A DNA stretch of 64,000 bases from Promethearchaeota archaeon (GCA_019057865.1 JAHLWP010000004.1:32001-96000); one strand, 5' to 3'. Shown: positions 18,992 through 30,332, counted from the first letter of the stretch. Program-made: numbers and translations. Notes: generated from the sequence alone by a model not told the origin.

Positions 18992-20728
18992 ATGATAACC
19001 TTAGAAAACGAAAAAGAAGTATTAGAATCGTTAGGAAAACAAATCAGTAAACCAATTCCAGAAATATCAGAATTAGAACGTTATTCTTTTGGATATTATG
19101 TAGAAAATGAACATATAAAGGGTTTAAGTCTTTTTTCTTGTGGATTATCAATAATTCCGAAAGAAATTGAGCTGTTAACTTCACTTAAAGAAATTTACTT
19201 AAGGGGAAACAAATTAACTACTCTACCTGAAGAATTATATTTACTTAAATCCCTCGAGATATTAGATTTAAGTGAAAATCGATTAACAGAACTGCCATCA
19301 TCTATCATTTCACTTTCTTCACTTAAAGAATTACATTTAGAATCTAACCACTTAGTCAATCTACCTGACAATATTGGCGAACTACACGATCTTGAGCTCT
19401 TGGATCTTAGCGAGAATAAGTTAAATTATATACCAGAATCTTTAGGTTCATTAACAAATTTAAAAACCTTAGATTTAAGTGGTAATGAAATAAATAAGCT
19501 TCCAGATTCAATAGGATTTCTTGCTTCTTTAGAAATCCTTTATCTAGGCAATAATGAACTAACTATACTCCCAGAATCATTTAGTTCGCTTAAATCACTA
19601 AAGCGATTAAATTTAAGAAATAATAAATTGAATAAACTTCCCGAGACAATAGGCAATTTATCTTCCTTATCATCTCTTTTTTTAAGAGGAAATTGTTTAG
19701 ATAATTTACCAAAGTCCATTGGGTTATTGAATAATTTAATATATTTAGGAATAGCATCAAATAAATTAACTTCACTTCCTGATCCTGAAATTGGTTTGCT
19801 TTCTTCATTAGAAAATTTGAATTTATCATCTAATAATTTAAATTTACTTCCAAATTCAATAGGGAATCTTAAAAATTTACTTAGACTTGAAATTTCGGAC
19901 AATAAACTAAAAAACCTTCCAGAATCAATTGGAGGGTTGTCTTCACTCAAAATATTAAGATGTAATAGAAACAATTTAACAGAACTCCCAGAATCAATCG
20001 GAAATTTGACTTTATTAGAATCATTAAAAATTGATGTCAATAATTTAAATGAACTTCCTTCATCAATTGGTCAATTGAAGTATTTAAAAGAACTGGATTT
20101 GTATGATAATAAATTGGAGAGATTGTCAGAATACATAGGTTCATTAACATCACTTGAAATACTGGATCTGAGTAAAAATGAATTAAAAAGCATTCCATCA
20201 TCAATTAGCTCATTAAATAATCTATTAGAATTAGATTTGTCAACCAATAAGTTAGAAAATCTTGTTTCTTCAATAGGATCTTTATCACAACTAAAAAATC
20301 TAATTCTAGGATTTAATCGGTTAAAAGAAATTCCTAAATCTATTGGATTCCTCACCTCCTTAGAGGTTCTAGATTTAGGGAAGAATCATTTAATATCAAT
20401 TCCAGAATCAATTGGATCATTAACTTCACTTAAACATTTATATTTATATTATAATGAGTTAGAGACTATACCAGATTCCATTGGGTCATTACAATCTTTA
20501 AAATACCTCTATCTAGGTAATAACAATTTAACTGTCATTCCAGAATCCATAGGGTTCTTGAAGAATTTGAAATATTTATTTGTGAGAGCGAATAATTTGA
20601 CTACATTACCAATTTCATTGGATTCCTTAACATCACTTAAACATTTAAACATAGAAAAAAATAGCTTAAAAGGATATTTAGATTTGTTAGATAAATTAGA
20701 ATTACGTGGTATTAAGATTTTTAAATGA
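18992..20728 (+). CDS. leucine-rich repeat protein (~22 repeats of 23 aa)
   Basis: Tandem LxxLxLxxNxLxxLPxSIGxL repeats over nearly the whole length. Confidence 0.95.
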   Translation: MITLENEKEVLESLGKQISKPIPEISELERYSFGYYVENEHIKGLSLFSCGLSIIPKEIELLTSLKEIYLRGNKLTTLPEELYLLKSLEILDLSENRLTELPSSIISLSSLKELHLESNHLVNLPDNIGELHDLELLDLSENKLNYIPESLGSLTNLKTLDLSGNEINKLPDSIGFLASLEILYLGNNELTILPESFSSLKSLKRLNLRNNKLNKLPETIGNLSSLSSLFLRGNCLDNLPKSIGLLNNLIYLGIASNKLTSLPDPEIGLLSSLENLNLSSNNLNLLPNSIGNLKNLLRLEISDNKLKNLPESIGGLSSLKILRCNRNNLTELPESIGNLTLLESLKIDVNNLNELPSSIGQLKYLKELDLYDNKLERLSEYIGSLTSLEILDLSKNELKSIPSSISSLNNLLELDLSTNKLENLVSSIGSLSQLKNLILGFNRLKEIPKSIGFLTSLEVLDLGKNHLISIPESIGSLTSLKHLYLYYNELETIPDSIGSLQSLKYLYLGNNNLTVIPESIGFLKNLKYLFVRANNLTTLPISLDSLTSLKHLNIEKNSLKGYLDLLDKLELRGIKIFK

Positions 20729-20868
20729 TATAAATCGTTAAAACAAGAACTAATTTTCTAAAAAATTGTTTATAATCTTAAAAGGTAAAATAGCTATCTT
20801 ATTGATTTCTACTCTTTTAACCACTTTATTTATTTAGAACTCTAAAAATCATATAATTTAAATATTAA

Positions 20869-22908
20869 ATGAAGTTAGTTAAAAGTATGGATATTTCAAA
20901 AGCCATGAAAATTAAATTGCCTAAGGAGCTCCCATCATATCCCAAATTCGTCGAAGGAATAAGACGTGCACCTTCAAGAGGTTATGCACTTAATCAAACC
21001 CAAACAAAACTAGCTTTAAAGAATGCTCTTAGATATGTCCATCCATCCTTACATGAAAAGATTGCCCCAGAATTTCTGGAAGAATTAATTACACGAGGAA
21101 GAATATATGGTTACAGATTCAGACTTGAAGGAAATATAAAAGCAAAACCTATAGATAAATATAAGGGTAATATTCTTGAAGGTAAAGCTTTGCAAGTTAT
21201 GATAGATAATAATCTCGATTTTGATGTGGCTCTTTACCCTTATGAGTTAGTTACTTATGGAGAAAGTGGGCAAGTTTTCCAAAATTGGATGCAATATTGT
21301 CTTGTTAAAATGTATCTTGAGCAAATTACTGATAAACAGACTTTAGTCATTTCATCTGGACATCCAGTTGGACTCTTTCCAACTTCACCATTAGCTCCCA
21401 GGGTAATTTCTACTAATGGATTAATGGTTGGTTTATTTGACAATCCAAATGATTTTACGGTTGCTGCTGCTCTAGGTGTAGCAAATTATGGCCAAATGAC
21501 GGCAGGAGGATGGATGTATATTGGTCCACAAGGAATAGTCCATGGTACATATATTACATTATTGAACGCCGGAAGATTATATCTTAATATTCCTCAAGAT
21601 AAAGATTTAAGAGGTATTTTATATGTAACATCTGGTCTAGGAGGTATGAGTGGTGCCCAAGCTAAAGCAATAGAAATTGCGGGGGGTATAGGTGTCATTG
21701 CTGAAGTTGATGAGTCCAGGATTAAAACAAGGTATGAGCAAGGATGGGTTTCAAAGATTTCTGAAAATTTAGATGAAATTTTTGCTTGGGTTGAGGATGC
21801 TAGAAAATCTGGTAGAGTACTGTCTATTGCATATAATGGGAATGTTGTAAATTTATGGAAATATATAGTAGACAATAATATTCAAGTAGAGCTTGCTTCA
21901 GATCAAACATCTTGCCATGCTGTCTATGAGGGAGGTTATACACCATATCAAATCAGTTTTAATGAAGGAAGAGAACTGATTAAATCAAATATTGATAGAT
22001 TTAAGCAATTAGTAGATGAGTCCTTACGAGAACAGTTTAAACTCATCAAAACTATGACAGAAAGAGGTACTCGCTTCTGGGATTATGGTAATTCTTTTAT
22101 GAAAGCTGTATTTGATGCTGGTGTAAAAGAAATTGCAAAAAATGTGGATAATACTTCTGAAGGATTTATTTTTCCATCATATGTTGAAGATATTATGGGT
22201 CCTATATGCTTCGATTTTGGATATGGTCCTTTTCGATGGGTATGTCTTTCAGGAAAAGAGGAAGATTTAGATAAGACTGATCAAACTGCAATGAGCTGTA
22301 TAAATCCTGAATTGCGAGCTCAAGATAGAGATAATTACTCTTGGATTCGAGATGCTAAAAAAAATCAACTTGTTGTTGGAACAAAAGCAAGAATATTATA
22401 TGCTGATGGTAAAGAACGAATTAGTATTGCTCTAAAATTTAATAATTTAGTAAAGAAAGGAGAAATTGGACCAATAATGCTTGGTAGAGATCATCATGAT
22501 GTTTCAGGAACTGACTCACCTTTTAGAGAAACTTCCAATATTAAAGATGGCAGTAATATAATGGCAGAAATGGCAGTCCATTGTTTTGCAGGTAATGCAA
22601 TTAGAGGTATGACATATGTTGTACTCTCTAATGGTGGAGGTGTTGGAATTGGGAAATGTTTCAATGGTGGTTTTGGTCTAGTATTAGATGGTTCTGAAAG
22701 GGTAGATAATATAATTAAAAATGCTATGGAATGGGACGTAATGGGAGGAATAGCTCGCCGAAGTTGGGCTAGGAATCCAAATGCTTTTGAAACAGCTTAT
22801 AATTGGAATATTGAAAATGAAGAAAAAGGACATATAACATTACCATTTATAGCAGAAGATAAGTTATTGGATAATATTGTAGATAATTATTTGAAAAAGA
22901 TTAAATAA
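20869..22908 (+). CDS. hutU: urocanate hydratase (long form)
   Basis: YGQMTAGGWMYIGPQGIVHGT, GLGGMSGAQ, SDQTSCH, GRDHHD; 679 aa. Confidence 0.96.
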   Translation: MKLVKSMDISKAMKIKLPKELPSYPKFVEGIRRAPSRGYALNQTQTKLALKNALRYVHPSLHEKIAPEFLEELITRGRIYGYRFRLEGNIKAKPIDKYKGNILEGKALQVMIDNNLDFDVALYPYELVTYGESGQVFQNWMQYCLVKMYLEQITDKQTLVISSGHPVGLFPTSPLAPRVISTNGLMVGLFDNPNDFTVAAALGVANYGQMTAGGWMYIGPQGIVHGTYITLLNAGRLYLNIPQDKDLRGILYVTSGLGGMSGAQAKAIEIAGGIGVIAEVDESRIKTRYEQGWVSKISENLDEIFAWVEDARKSGRVLSIAYNGNVVNLWKYIVDNNIQVELASDQTSCHAVYEGGYTPYQISFNEGRELIKSNIDRFKQLVDESLREQFKLIKTMTERGTRFWDYGNSFMKAVFDAGVKEIAKNVDNTSEGFIFPSYVEDIMGPICFDFGYGPFRWVCLSGKEEDLDKTDQTAMSCINPELRAQDRDNYSWIRDAKKNQLVVGTKARILYADGKERISIALKFNNLVKKGEIGPIMLGRDHHDVSGTDSPFRETSNIKDGSNIMAEMAVHCFAGNAIRGMTYVVLSNGGGVGIGKCFNGGFGLVLDGSERVDNIIKNAMEWDVMGGIARRSWARNPNAFETAYNWNIENEEKGHITLPFIAEDKLLDNIVDNYLKKIK

Positions 22909-22934
22909 TATAAAATTTTGAGGAATGATTCAAT

Positions 22935-24461
22935 ATGGGTAATAATTTTAGATATGGTTTAGATAAATTAACAGTTGATATAGCCTTAGCTTTAGCTAAA
23001 GATAACATAAAAGGGATAGTTGTAGATGATATAAAAACTAAAATTATAAGAAGCTTTAATGCTGTATTATCTATTTCAAGAGGAGATAAGTTAGTTTATA
23101 GCATAAATACTGGAATTGGGTCATTGTGCACTACTAAAATTTCAACCGAAGAAACTAGAAAATTGCAAGAGAATCTTCTTAAAAGTCATAGTGTAGGCGT
23201 AGGTTCGCCAATTGATCAAGAAATAGCCAAATTAATGCTTATCCTCAAAGTTCATACTTTATGTAAAGGATATTCTGGAGTATCATTAGATTTAATAGAA
23301 AGAATATGTTGGCATATTGAAAATAATTACATACCGCTTGTACCTGAACAAGGCTCAGTAGGAGCCTCTGGAGATCTTGCACCCTTAGCACATTTATTTC
23401 TACCATTAATTGGTTTAGGACATGTTTCCAAAGATGGTAAGAAGTATACTCCTATGAAGGAAATTTTAATACAAAATAATATGAAACCTCTTAAACTAAA
23501 TGCAAAAGAAGGCATAGCTTTAATCAATGGTACTCAATTCATAACGGCTCATGCAATCAAGGCTTCTGAAAAATTTCTTAATTGTTTAGAACATGCCGAT
23601 ATTATTGGTGCTTTAACTTTAGAAGCTTATTTAGGTTCACCACAACCTTTTGATAAGAGATTAATTATGTTAAGACCTCATAAAGGAGCTATAATTGTGG
23701 CTGATAAATTTAGAGAATTTTTAAAAAACTCTCAATATGTTGAATCTCATAAAGATTGTGGACGTGTTCAAGATCCATATTCAATTCGATGCATACCCCA
23801 AGTCCATGGTGCTTCTAGAGACGCCTTATCTCATCTCAATGAAAAATTGTTATGTGAATTAAATTCCGTTACTGATAATCCTATAATTTTTAGTGAAAAT
23901 GATACTGTAAGTGGAGGAAATTTTCATGGTCAACCACTTGCTCTACCTTTAGATTATATAAGTTTAGCTGCTTCTGAGCTAGGAAATATTTCTGATCGTA
24001 GGACATATCTCCTATTAGAAGGAAAGTGGGGTTTACCAGCATATCTTATTGAAAGTTCTGGATTAAATTCAGGTTTCATGCTTGCTCAGTATTGTTCAGC
24101 GGCTCTTGTAAGTGAAAATAAATCATCCTGTTTTCCAGCTAGTGCTGATAGTATACCTACATCTATAGGACAAGAAGATCACGTAAGTATGGGACCAATT
24201 AGTGCTAGAAAGGCTCTTCAAATAATTGAAAATCTTGAAAAAATTCTATCTATAGAATTGTTATGTGCTGCTCAAGCTTTTGATTTTAGAAGACCCTTAA
24301 AATCGAGTCGAGTATTAGAGGCTTGTCATAAATTTATACGTTCAAAAATACACCATTTAACTGAAGATATGGTTTTATCTGAATTTATTGAATCTGCCCA
24401 TGAAATAATTAAAAGTAAGGAATTAATAAAAATCATCCAAAGCCAGATAGAGGGGAATTGA
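22935..24461 (+). CDS. hutH: histidine ammonia-lyase
   Basis: GSVGASGDLAPL (MIO motif), QDPYSIRC, GGNFHG, QEDHVSMG; within hut cluster. Confidence 0.96.
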   Translation: MGNNFRYGLDKLTVDIALALAKDNIKGIVVDDIKTKIIRSFNAVLSISRGDKLVYSINTGIGSLCTTKISTEETRKLQENLLKSHSVGVGSPIDQEIAKLMLILKVHTLCKGYSGVSLDLIERICWHIENNYIPLVPEQGSVGASGDLAPLAHLFLPLIGLGHVSKDGKKYTPMKEILIQNNMKPLKLNAKEGIALINGTQFITAHAIKASEKFLNCLEHADIIGALTLEAYLGSPQPFDKRLIMLRPHKGAIIVADKFREFLKNSQYVESHKDCGRVQDPYSIRCIPQVHGASRDALSHLNEKLLCELNSVTDNPIIFSENDTVSGGNFHGQPLALPLDYISLAASELGNISDRRTYLLLEGKWGLPAYLIESSGLNSGFMLAQYCSAALVSENKSSCFPASADSIPTSIGQEDHVSMGPISARKALQIIENLEKILSIELLCAAQAFDFRRPLKSSRVLEACHKFIRSKIHHLTEDMVLSEFIESAHEIIKSKELIKIIQSQIEGN

Positions 24462-24462
24462 T

Positions 24463-25770
24463 TTGTTTGTATCGTCAACTTATAAAAAAAAATTAATTAA
24501 ACAAGAAGATAATCCCGATCTGGTGATATTTAATGCTAACGAACTCATTACTATGAATACTAAATTTGGTGCTCCAAGAATAGGCAAAAATATGTCTGAG
24601 TTGTCAATCATTGATAATGGGGCAATAGGAATAAAAAATGATAGAATTATATACGTGGGAACTACTGATGAATTAATATCGAAATTTTCTCTCAATGAAA
24701 TAAAGACAAAGATTGATGCTAAAAATAAGTTAGTTACACCTGGATTTGTAGATCCTCATACCCATATAATTTTTGATGGTTCAAGAGAAAATGAATTACA
24801 AATGAAGCTTGATGGAAAGTCTTATCTTGAAATACTCCAAGCGGGAGGCGGCATATTAAAAACAGTTCGCGAAACCAGAAAAGCTTCTTTAGAAAAACTA
24901 GTAGAAAATGGTAAAAAAATTTTAGATAGGATGATGAATTATGGCACAACTACAGTCGAAGCTAAGTCTGGTTATGGTCTAAGTACTGAAAGTGAATTAA
25001 AGATATTAAAAGCACTACACATATTAAATGAGGAACATCCCTTAGATATTGTGTCAACTTTTTTAGGTGCTCATGCAATCCCTTTAGAATATAAAGATAA
25101 ACCTGACGATTATGTAGAGTTAATCATTTCAGATATGATACCTAAAATAGTTAAAGAGGGTCTTGCTGAATTTTGTGATGTATTTTGTGAAAAGGGAATC
25201 TTTTCAATTGAACACTCAAGAAAAATTTTAAAAACGGCATTGAGATATGGCTTAAAACCTCAAATTCATATTGATGAAATTGCTGATACTAATGGTGCTT
25301 TACTTGCAGCAGAATTAAAAGCGATTCAAACAGGCCATTTGTTAAAATCAAATGATAATGGATTAAAAGCAATGGCAGAAGCGGGAGTTATTGCTACACT
25401 TTTACCAGGAACTCCTTTTTGTTTAATGCTAAAAGAATATGCCCCTGCAAGAAAAATGATAGAATTAGAGATACCTATCGCGCTTGCTACTGATCTTAAT
25501 CCAAATTGCTGGACAGAATCAATGCAAATGATCATGACATTAGCGTGTTATAATATGAAACTATCACCAGCAGAGGCACTGACAGCTGCTACAATTAATA
25601 GTGCATGTGCAATTGATAGGCAAGATGAAATAGGAAGTATTGAAGTTGGAAAAAAAGCAGATATAGTAATTTTTGATGTTCCAAATTATAATTTTTTACC
25701 CTATCAATTCGGTGTAAATTTAGTATCTAAGGTAATTAAAAGTGGTAAAATTTTAATTAATAATGATTAA
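24463..25770 (+). CDS. hutI: imidazolonepropionase
   Basis: DPHTH, EAKSGYGL, GAHA, DVFCE, ATDLNP. Confidence 0.95.
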   Translation: MFVSSTYKKKLIKQEDNPDLVIFNANELITMNTKFGAPRIGKNMSELSIIDNGAIGIKNDRIIYVGTTDELISKFSLNEIKTKIDAKNKLVTPGFVDPHTHIIFDGSRENELQMKLDGKSYLEILQAGGGILKTVRETRKASLEKLVENGKKILDRMMNYGTTTVEAKSGYGLSTESELKILKALHILNEEHPLDIVSTFLGAHAIPLEYKDKPDDYVELIISDMIPKIVKEGLAEFCDVFCEKGIFSIEHSRKILKTALRYGLKPQIHIDEIADTNGALLAAELKAIQTGHLLKSNDNGLKAMAEAGVIATLLPGTPFCLMLKEYAPARKMIELEIPIALATDLNPNCWTESMQMIMTLACYNMKLSPAEALTAATINSACAIDRQDEIGSIEVGKKADIVIFDVPNYNFLPYQFGVNLVSKVIKSGKILINND

Positions 25771-25777
25771 CCAAGTT

Positions 25778-26695
25778 TTAAAAATCAAAATAATACTCTA
25801 ATAGATGCTTCTCTTCTAATTTTTCTGGTTTTTCCAATTGTAAGTAATATTCTAAAGAGTTTAGCACAGCATCTAACGGTAATACGCCAATTAATTCAGA
25901 TCCAATAACAGGAACACCATACCGGGCAGCCTCGATTTTTACAAGTTCCATTTGTCTATAAAGAGGTGTTTTTCTATAATTGATATTACTAATCCCTATC
26001 TGTACATAATCTCGTTCTGCTAATTCAGTACCCATTGCTTTAATATTGGCTAGTCCACCTGAACGTAAATGAACTGCTTTTGCTACTTTTTTAGCAACTT
26101 TAATATCATTTGTTCCAAGATTAATATTGAAGCTAATCAATGGATATCTAGCACCTGTTATTATTGCTCCCGCTGTTGGATGTAATTCAGATGGACCAAA
26201 ATCAGGTTTACGATTTGAATCGGTTTTGATTGCTTCTTTTAATCCTTCATATTCACCAACTCGAATATTATCGATGTTCTTTCTTTCCATTTTACGTGCC
26301 GATTCTTCATAAAGATATACTGGTATCCCTTCTTTTGCCATAGCTTTACCAAATTTTATTGAGATCTCAATACACTCTTCTATAGACACATTTTGAGCAG
26401 GTACAAACGACACTACATCTATGGCTCCAATTCGAGGGTGCTGTCCTTTATGCGTATTCATATCAATTAGAGTAATAGCTTTTTTAGCAGCAGCAATATT
26501 CGCTTCTAAAACAGTTTCAGGCGTGCCAACAAAGGTAATAACAGCTCTATTGTAATCAGAATCATATTGAATATCCACAATACGAGTGTTCTGTGTATTT
26601 TTAATTTCGGAAACAATTTGTTCAATTTTATCTCCATCTGTTCCTTCACTAAAATTAGGAACGGATTCTACAATTTTCTTTTTTCTACTTTCCAT
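25778..26695 (-). CDS. ftcD: glutamate formiminotransferase
   Basis: ESVPNFSEG, HKGQHPRIGAIDV, PVYLYE, IRVGEYEG, GSELIG; transferase domains only. Confidence 0.93.
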   Translation of the reverse strand: MESRKKKIVESVPNFSEGTDGDKIEQIVSEIKNTQNTRIVDIQYDSDYNRAVITFVGTPETVLEANIAAAKKAITLIDMNTHKGQHPRIGAIDVVSFVPAQNVSIEECIEISIKFGKAMAKEGIPVYLYEESARKMERKNIDNIRVGEYEGLKEAIKTDSNRKPDFGPSELHPTAGAIITGARYPLISFNINLGTNDIKVAKKVAKAVHLRSGGLANIKAMGTELAERDYVQIGISNINYRKTPLYRQMELVKIEAARYGVPVIGSELIGVLPLDAVLNSLEYYLQLEKPEKLEEKHLLEYYFDF

Positions 26696-26773
26696 ATAAA
26701 TTACCTTAATAAGTATGTTCTAATTTGAATGATTAATAATATATTTATGAAAATATGAAATTAAACTTTATAT

Positions 26774-28063
26774 TTATAATGAATATTTTTTTTTCTTATA
26801 GGTTTCATCAGTAAAAACAAAGATTTTATCCTGCCCCCCGCCAGTCGGAGTGTCTTTTACTTTTAATTTAATTGTAACTTTTTTAATTTTTGTCCCTCTT
26901 GGGGACTTCTTGACCATTTTTCCTTGATATTTCATTTCATTAGCATGCTGGTGAATGTAAGTATCTGTGTTTTTACTCATAATAATTAAATCATGACTAT
27001 TAGAGAGGTAACCATTATATAATGTAACAATGGCATATCCAGTATTTTGATTAAATTCTTCAATTTGTCCTACTTCAATATATCTAAAATGAGATAAGTT
27101 CGCTGGAGATTTATGTTGATGATCTTCTTCAGTTACCCTTTTAAAATAGAATCCTGGAGTAAATCCTCTATTATAGACTTTCTTTAATTCAGTAACCCAT
27201 CTACCAACTTTTTTTTTTTTAAATGTGCCGTTGTAGTATGCTTCAATTGCTTCTCGATATGTTTTAGCAACAATTTCTACATAATGTGGGTGTCTCATTC
27301 TCCCCTCAATTTTAAAAGCGTCAATTTTCGCTTCTATTAAATTAGGTATATAAGCGATAGTACATAAATCTCTTGAATTCATAAATCTAACGCCATTATA
27401 AATATACTCATTTCCTGATTCTTCCCGCACCCACCATCTTCTACGACATGGTTGTTCACAATTACCTCGATTAGCAGATTTTTCTTCAGTTCCGCAAATG
27501 TCTTGAGAAAAATAGCATCTACCACTTACTGAAGCACACATTGCTCCATGAATAAACGTTTCGACTTTAGTGTATTCTAGATTTCTTTTTATTTCCTTGA
27601 TTTTTTCTAAGGATAATTCTCTAGCTAAAATTATACGTTCAGCACCTAACTTTTCATAGAATCTAGCCGATAAAGAGTTAGATACATTACATTGTGTTGA
27701 AATATGAAATGGTATATTGAATTCTTTTGCAACTTGTATTGCTGCTAAATCGTGAACTATTATAGCATCAATACCAGCTTCCTTACTTTTTTCAATAATG
27801 TTCCGAAGATGACTTATTTCATTGTCGTAAACTAATATATTTGTAGCTAGATATGTTTTAATATCATTCTTTTGGCTAAAATCAACGACTTTATATAGAT
27901 CTTCTAAAGCAATATTCTCAGATCTCATTCGCATGTTAAACTTTTCAATTCCAAAATAAACTGAATCTGCGAATTGTGATGCTGCCTTTATTGCTTTAAA
28001 ATTTTTAGCAGGTGCGAGTAATTCTACTTTTTTCATCTTTCTGTAAATATAAGGTATTTTCAT
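26774..28063 (-). CDS. peptidase U32 family protein (RNA hydroxylation-type)
   Basis: ELLAPA, HISTQ, ILARELS, HGAMC..SGRC..S, NRGNCEQPCR, KIEGR. Confidence 0.9.
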   Translation of the reverse strand: MKIPYIYRKMKKVELLAPAKNFKAIKAASQFADSVYFGIEKFNMRMRSENIALEDLYKVVDFSQKNDIKTYLATNILVYDNEISHLRNIIEKSKEAGIDAIIVHDLAAIQVAKEFNIPFHISTQCNVSNSLSARFYEKLGAERIILARELSLEKIKEIKRNLEYTKVETFIHGAMCASVSGRCYFSQDICGTEEKSANRGNCEQPCRRRWWVREESGNEYIYNGVRFMNSRDLCTIAYIPNLIEAKIDAFKIEGRMRHPHYVEIVAKTYREAIEAYYNGTFKKKKVGRWVTELKKVYNRGFTPGFYFKRVTEEDHQHKSPANLSHFRYIEVGQIEEFNQNTGYAIVTLYNGYLSNSHDLIIMSKNTDTYIHQHANEMKYQGKMVKKSPRGTKIKKVTIKLKVKDTPTGGGQDKIFVFTDETYKKKKYSL

Positions 28064-28168
28064 TTTTATTTTATGACTAAATTCGTAAAAATAATATCAC
28101 ATTTTTTAAAAAAGTAAATTGATTTATAAAAAACTTTAAGAAAAAGCGTTTATTTTGAATTTCAATTT

Positions 28169-29215
28169 ATGTCTGAAGTAGAACCTAATAAAGTAATTTT
28201 ATTTCTAAAAAAGAGAAAACGTATCCTTATTGGCATAATCACAATATTATCAGTAATTTTAATGCTTTTTATCGTAGATTTTTCCAAAATTATATTAAAA
28301 ATTAGGTTAATTGGCTTTTGGGGTACTTTTTTATTTGTTTTAGCTTATTCATTAGCTTTCTTATTTAGATCTTTAAAATTGAAGCTAACTTTTAAAGGAA
28401 TTGATAAGAACATAAACTTTAGCACATCATATTTTTCTACGGGTGCTAGTTTTGTTATAAATGATTTTACACCTGGTAAATTGGGTGATATAGTAAAAAT
28501 TTTTATCATTAAAGATCAAGAAGAACTACTATTGAGTGAATCTGTTGCTGGAATTGCTATTGAGAGAATATTAGACTTAATATTTTTATTTATTATTAGT
28601 TGTGGGTCTTTAATTTATCTTTATATAAGTAGTTTTGGAGAAACAGAAAATGTGGAAATTTTAGGCCAAGATATTCAATTTTACTTGATATTAGGAGCAA
28701 TATTAATAATTGGATTCATTATTATCTTAATTCTTGTACTTTATAAAACAGAAAAAATATTAAAAATAATTAATAAAATATCCGCTCGAGTATCAAATTA
28801 TATTGAAAGGTTCTTAGGTAATTTTAAAAGAGGAATGAAGAATTTCAAAAATCATAAAAAAGAATTTTTATATGTGGTCCTGTTAGGAATCCCAACTTGG
28901 ATTAGTGATGCTCTCATAATTTCAATATTTTTCTATATATTAGGATACCACCTGAATATATTCTTATTAGTTCTAGCTATGATATTATTGTTTTTTAGTA
29001 AGACTTTTCCTATAACCCCTGGGGGATGGGGAATTTCTGAAAACATTGGTGCTTTATTTATCTTCATTTTTTATCCGTCTATACCTTATACTGAAATCTT
29101 ATCAATATTTATTATTGAACATTTATTTAGAAGCGCATATCTCTTTTTTTATGGTGGTTTTTCTATACTTCATTATAATGTTAAAATAAAAAGCCCTGAT
29201 TTGATTACAACCTAA
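28169..29215 (+). CDS. lysylphosphatidylglycerol-synthase TM / flippase-like membrane protein
   Basis: TPGKLGD, ERILD, PITPGGWG.E; multi-TM. Confidence 0.85.
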   Translation: MSEVEPNKVILFLKKRKRILIGIITILSVILMLFIVDFSKIILKIRLIGFWGTFLFVLAYSLAFLFRSLKLKLTFKGIDKNINFSTSYFSTGASFVINDFTPGKLGDIVKIFIIKDQEELLLSESVAGIAIERILDLIFLFIISCGSLIYLYISSFGETENVEILGQDIQFYLILGAILIIGFIIILILVLYKTEKILKIINKISARVSNYIERFLGNFKRGMKNFKNHKKEFLYVVLLGIPTWISDALIISIFFYILGYHLNIFLLVLAMILLFFSKTFPITPGGWGISENIGALFIFIFYPSIPYTEILSIFIIEHLFRSAYLFFYGGFSILHYNVKIKSPDLITT

Positions 29216-29273
29216 ATTTACTCAATAATTATATTTGGAAAAATTTAAAAAACTATCATTATGAGTTATAGAT

Positions 29274-30332
29274 ATGGAAGAAATAGAGAAAAAAGTAGAA
29301 ACTAGGACAGAAAAAAACATCTTAGAAAAAATATTAGATAATAAAGCATTGATCTTTATTATTGCTGGTATCCTAGCTCGATTTTTAATGTTATTTTATT
29401 ATTATTATTCTCATATAATATTTTCTGGACGTTCTTGGGGAGATGTAGAACTAAATTTTAACCAAAGTATTTATTACCCTCCTCTGGGTACTGCTATGTT
29501 AGATCTGTTTAGACTGATATCATTTGATTTTATTGAAGTCTTTGCTTTTTGGGCTTTTCTCTGGGATTTAGGAACTACATTGATGTTTTATTTTGTATTA
29601 AAAAATTTTAATATAAAAAATATTAATTATGCATTTGGATTGTTTTTGGTTAATCCGTTTTACTTCTTACATAATTCATTTAGTTTAGAAAATTGTGGAT
29701 ATCACATAACTGATGCTTTCTTTTTCTTTTTCCTATTTTTGGCATTAATCTTTTATCCAAGAAAAGAAAATTATGCAAGATATCTATTCTACATATTTTT
29801 AGGTATTTCAATGTGTGTAAAATATTACACATTACCTGCTCTAGGAATTTTCTTTTTAAAGTACCTCTGTGAAAAGGATTGGAATGAGTTGAAGCGTTTT
29901 ATGTTATCTATTGTTCCAATTATAATTGTTTTTTTAATTGTACCAATAGTGTTTATAGAACCATACTTAAGTGATTTATTAGCTTGGTATTCAATAGGAA
30001 AAAAAGTACCATTATACCTGAGAATAATCCCTATTGGATTAATAGCACTTTTTTTTATAACTTTTAGGTTAAAAAATTCAAATGGTTTTGAAATTATCAT
30101 TATTTCAATCATTGCAATGGCTTCATTTATGGTTTTTAGTTATCCTTATTTAAGATGGTTTCAATCAATTATTTTTTATGGGATTTTAGTTGAAAGAGAT
30201 TTCTTCAAATTTGACTTAAATCTTGGAATTGTTAAAAGAACTATAAATGTAAATAATCACACTTTAACATTCTATTTGTCTTTTGTTGGAGTATTTCTGT
30301 CTTACTTATTTATCTTATATATCATCATCTAA
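29274..30332 (+). CDS. polytopic membrane protein, putative GT-C fold glycosyltransferase
   Basis: D...YYPP in the first loop, NP and K-after-TM motifs, ~10 TM; lies between flippase-like and GT2 genes. Confidence 0.55.
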   Translation: MEEIEKKVETRTEKNILEKILDNKALIFIIAGILARFLMLFYYYYSHIIFSGRSWGDVELNFNQSIYYPPLGTAMLDLFRLISFDFIEVFAFWAFLWDLGTTLMFYFVLKNFNIKNINYAFGLFLVNPFYFLHNSFSLENCGYHITDAFFFFFLFLALIFYPRKENYARYLFYIFLGISMCVKYYTLPALGIFFLKYLCEKDWNELKRFMLSIVPIIIVFLIVPIVFIEPYLSDLLAWYSIGKKVPLYLRIIPIGLIALFFITFRLKNSNGFEIIIISIIAMASFMVFSYPYLRWFQSIIFYGILVERDFFKFDLNLGIVKRTINVNNHTLTFYLSFVGVFLSYLFILYIII

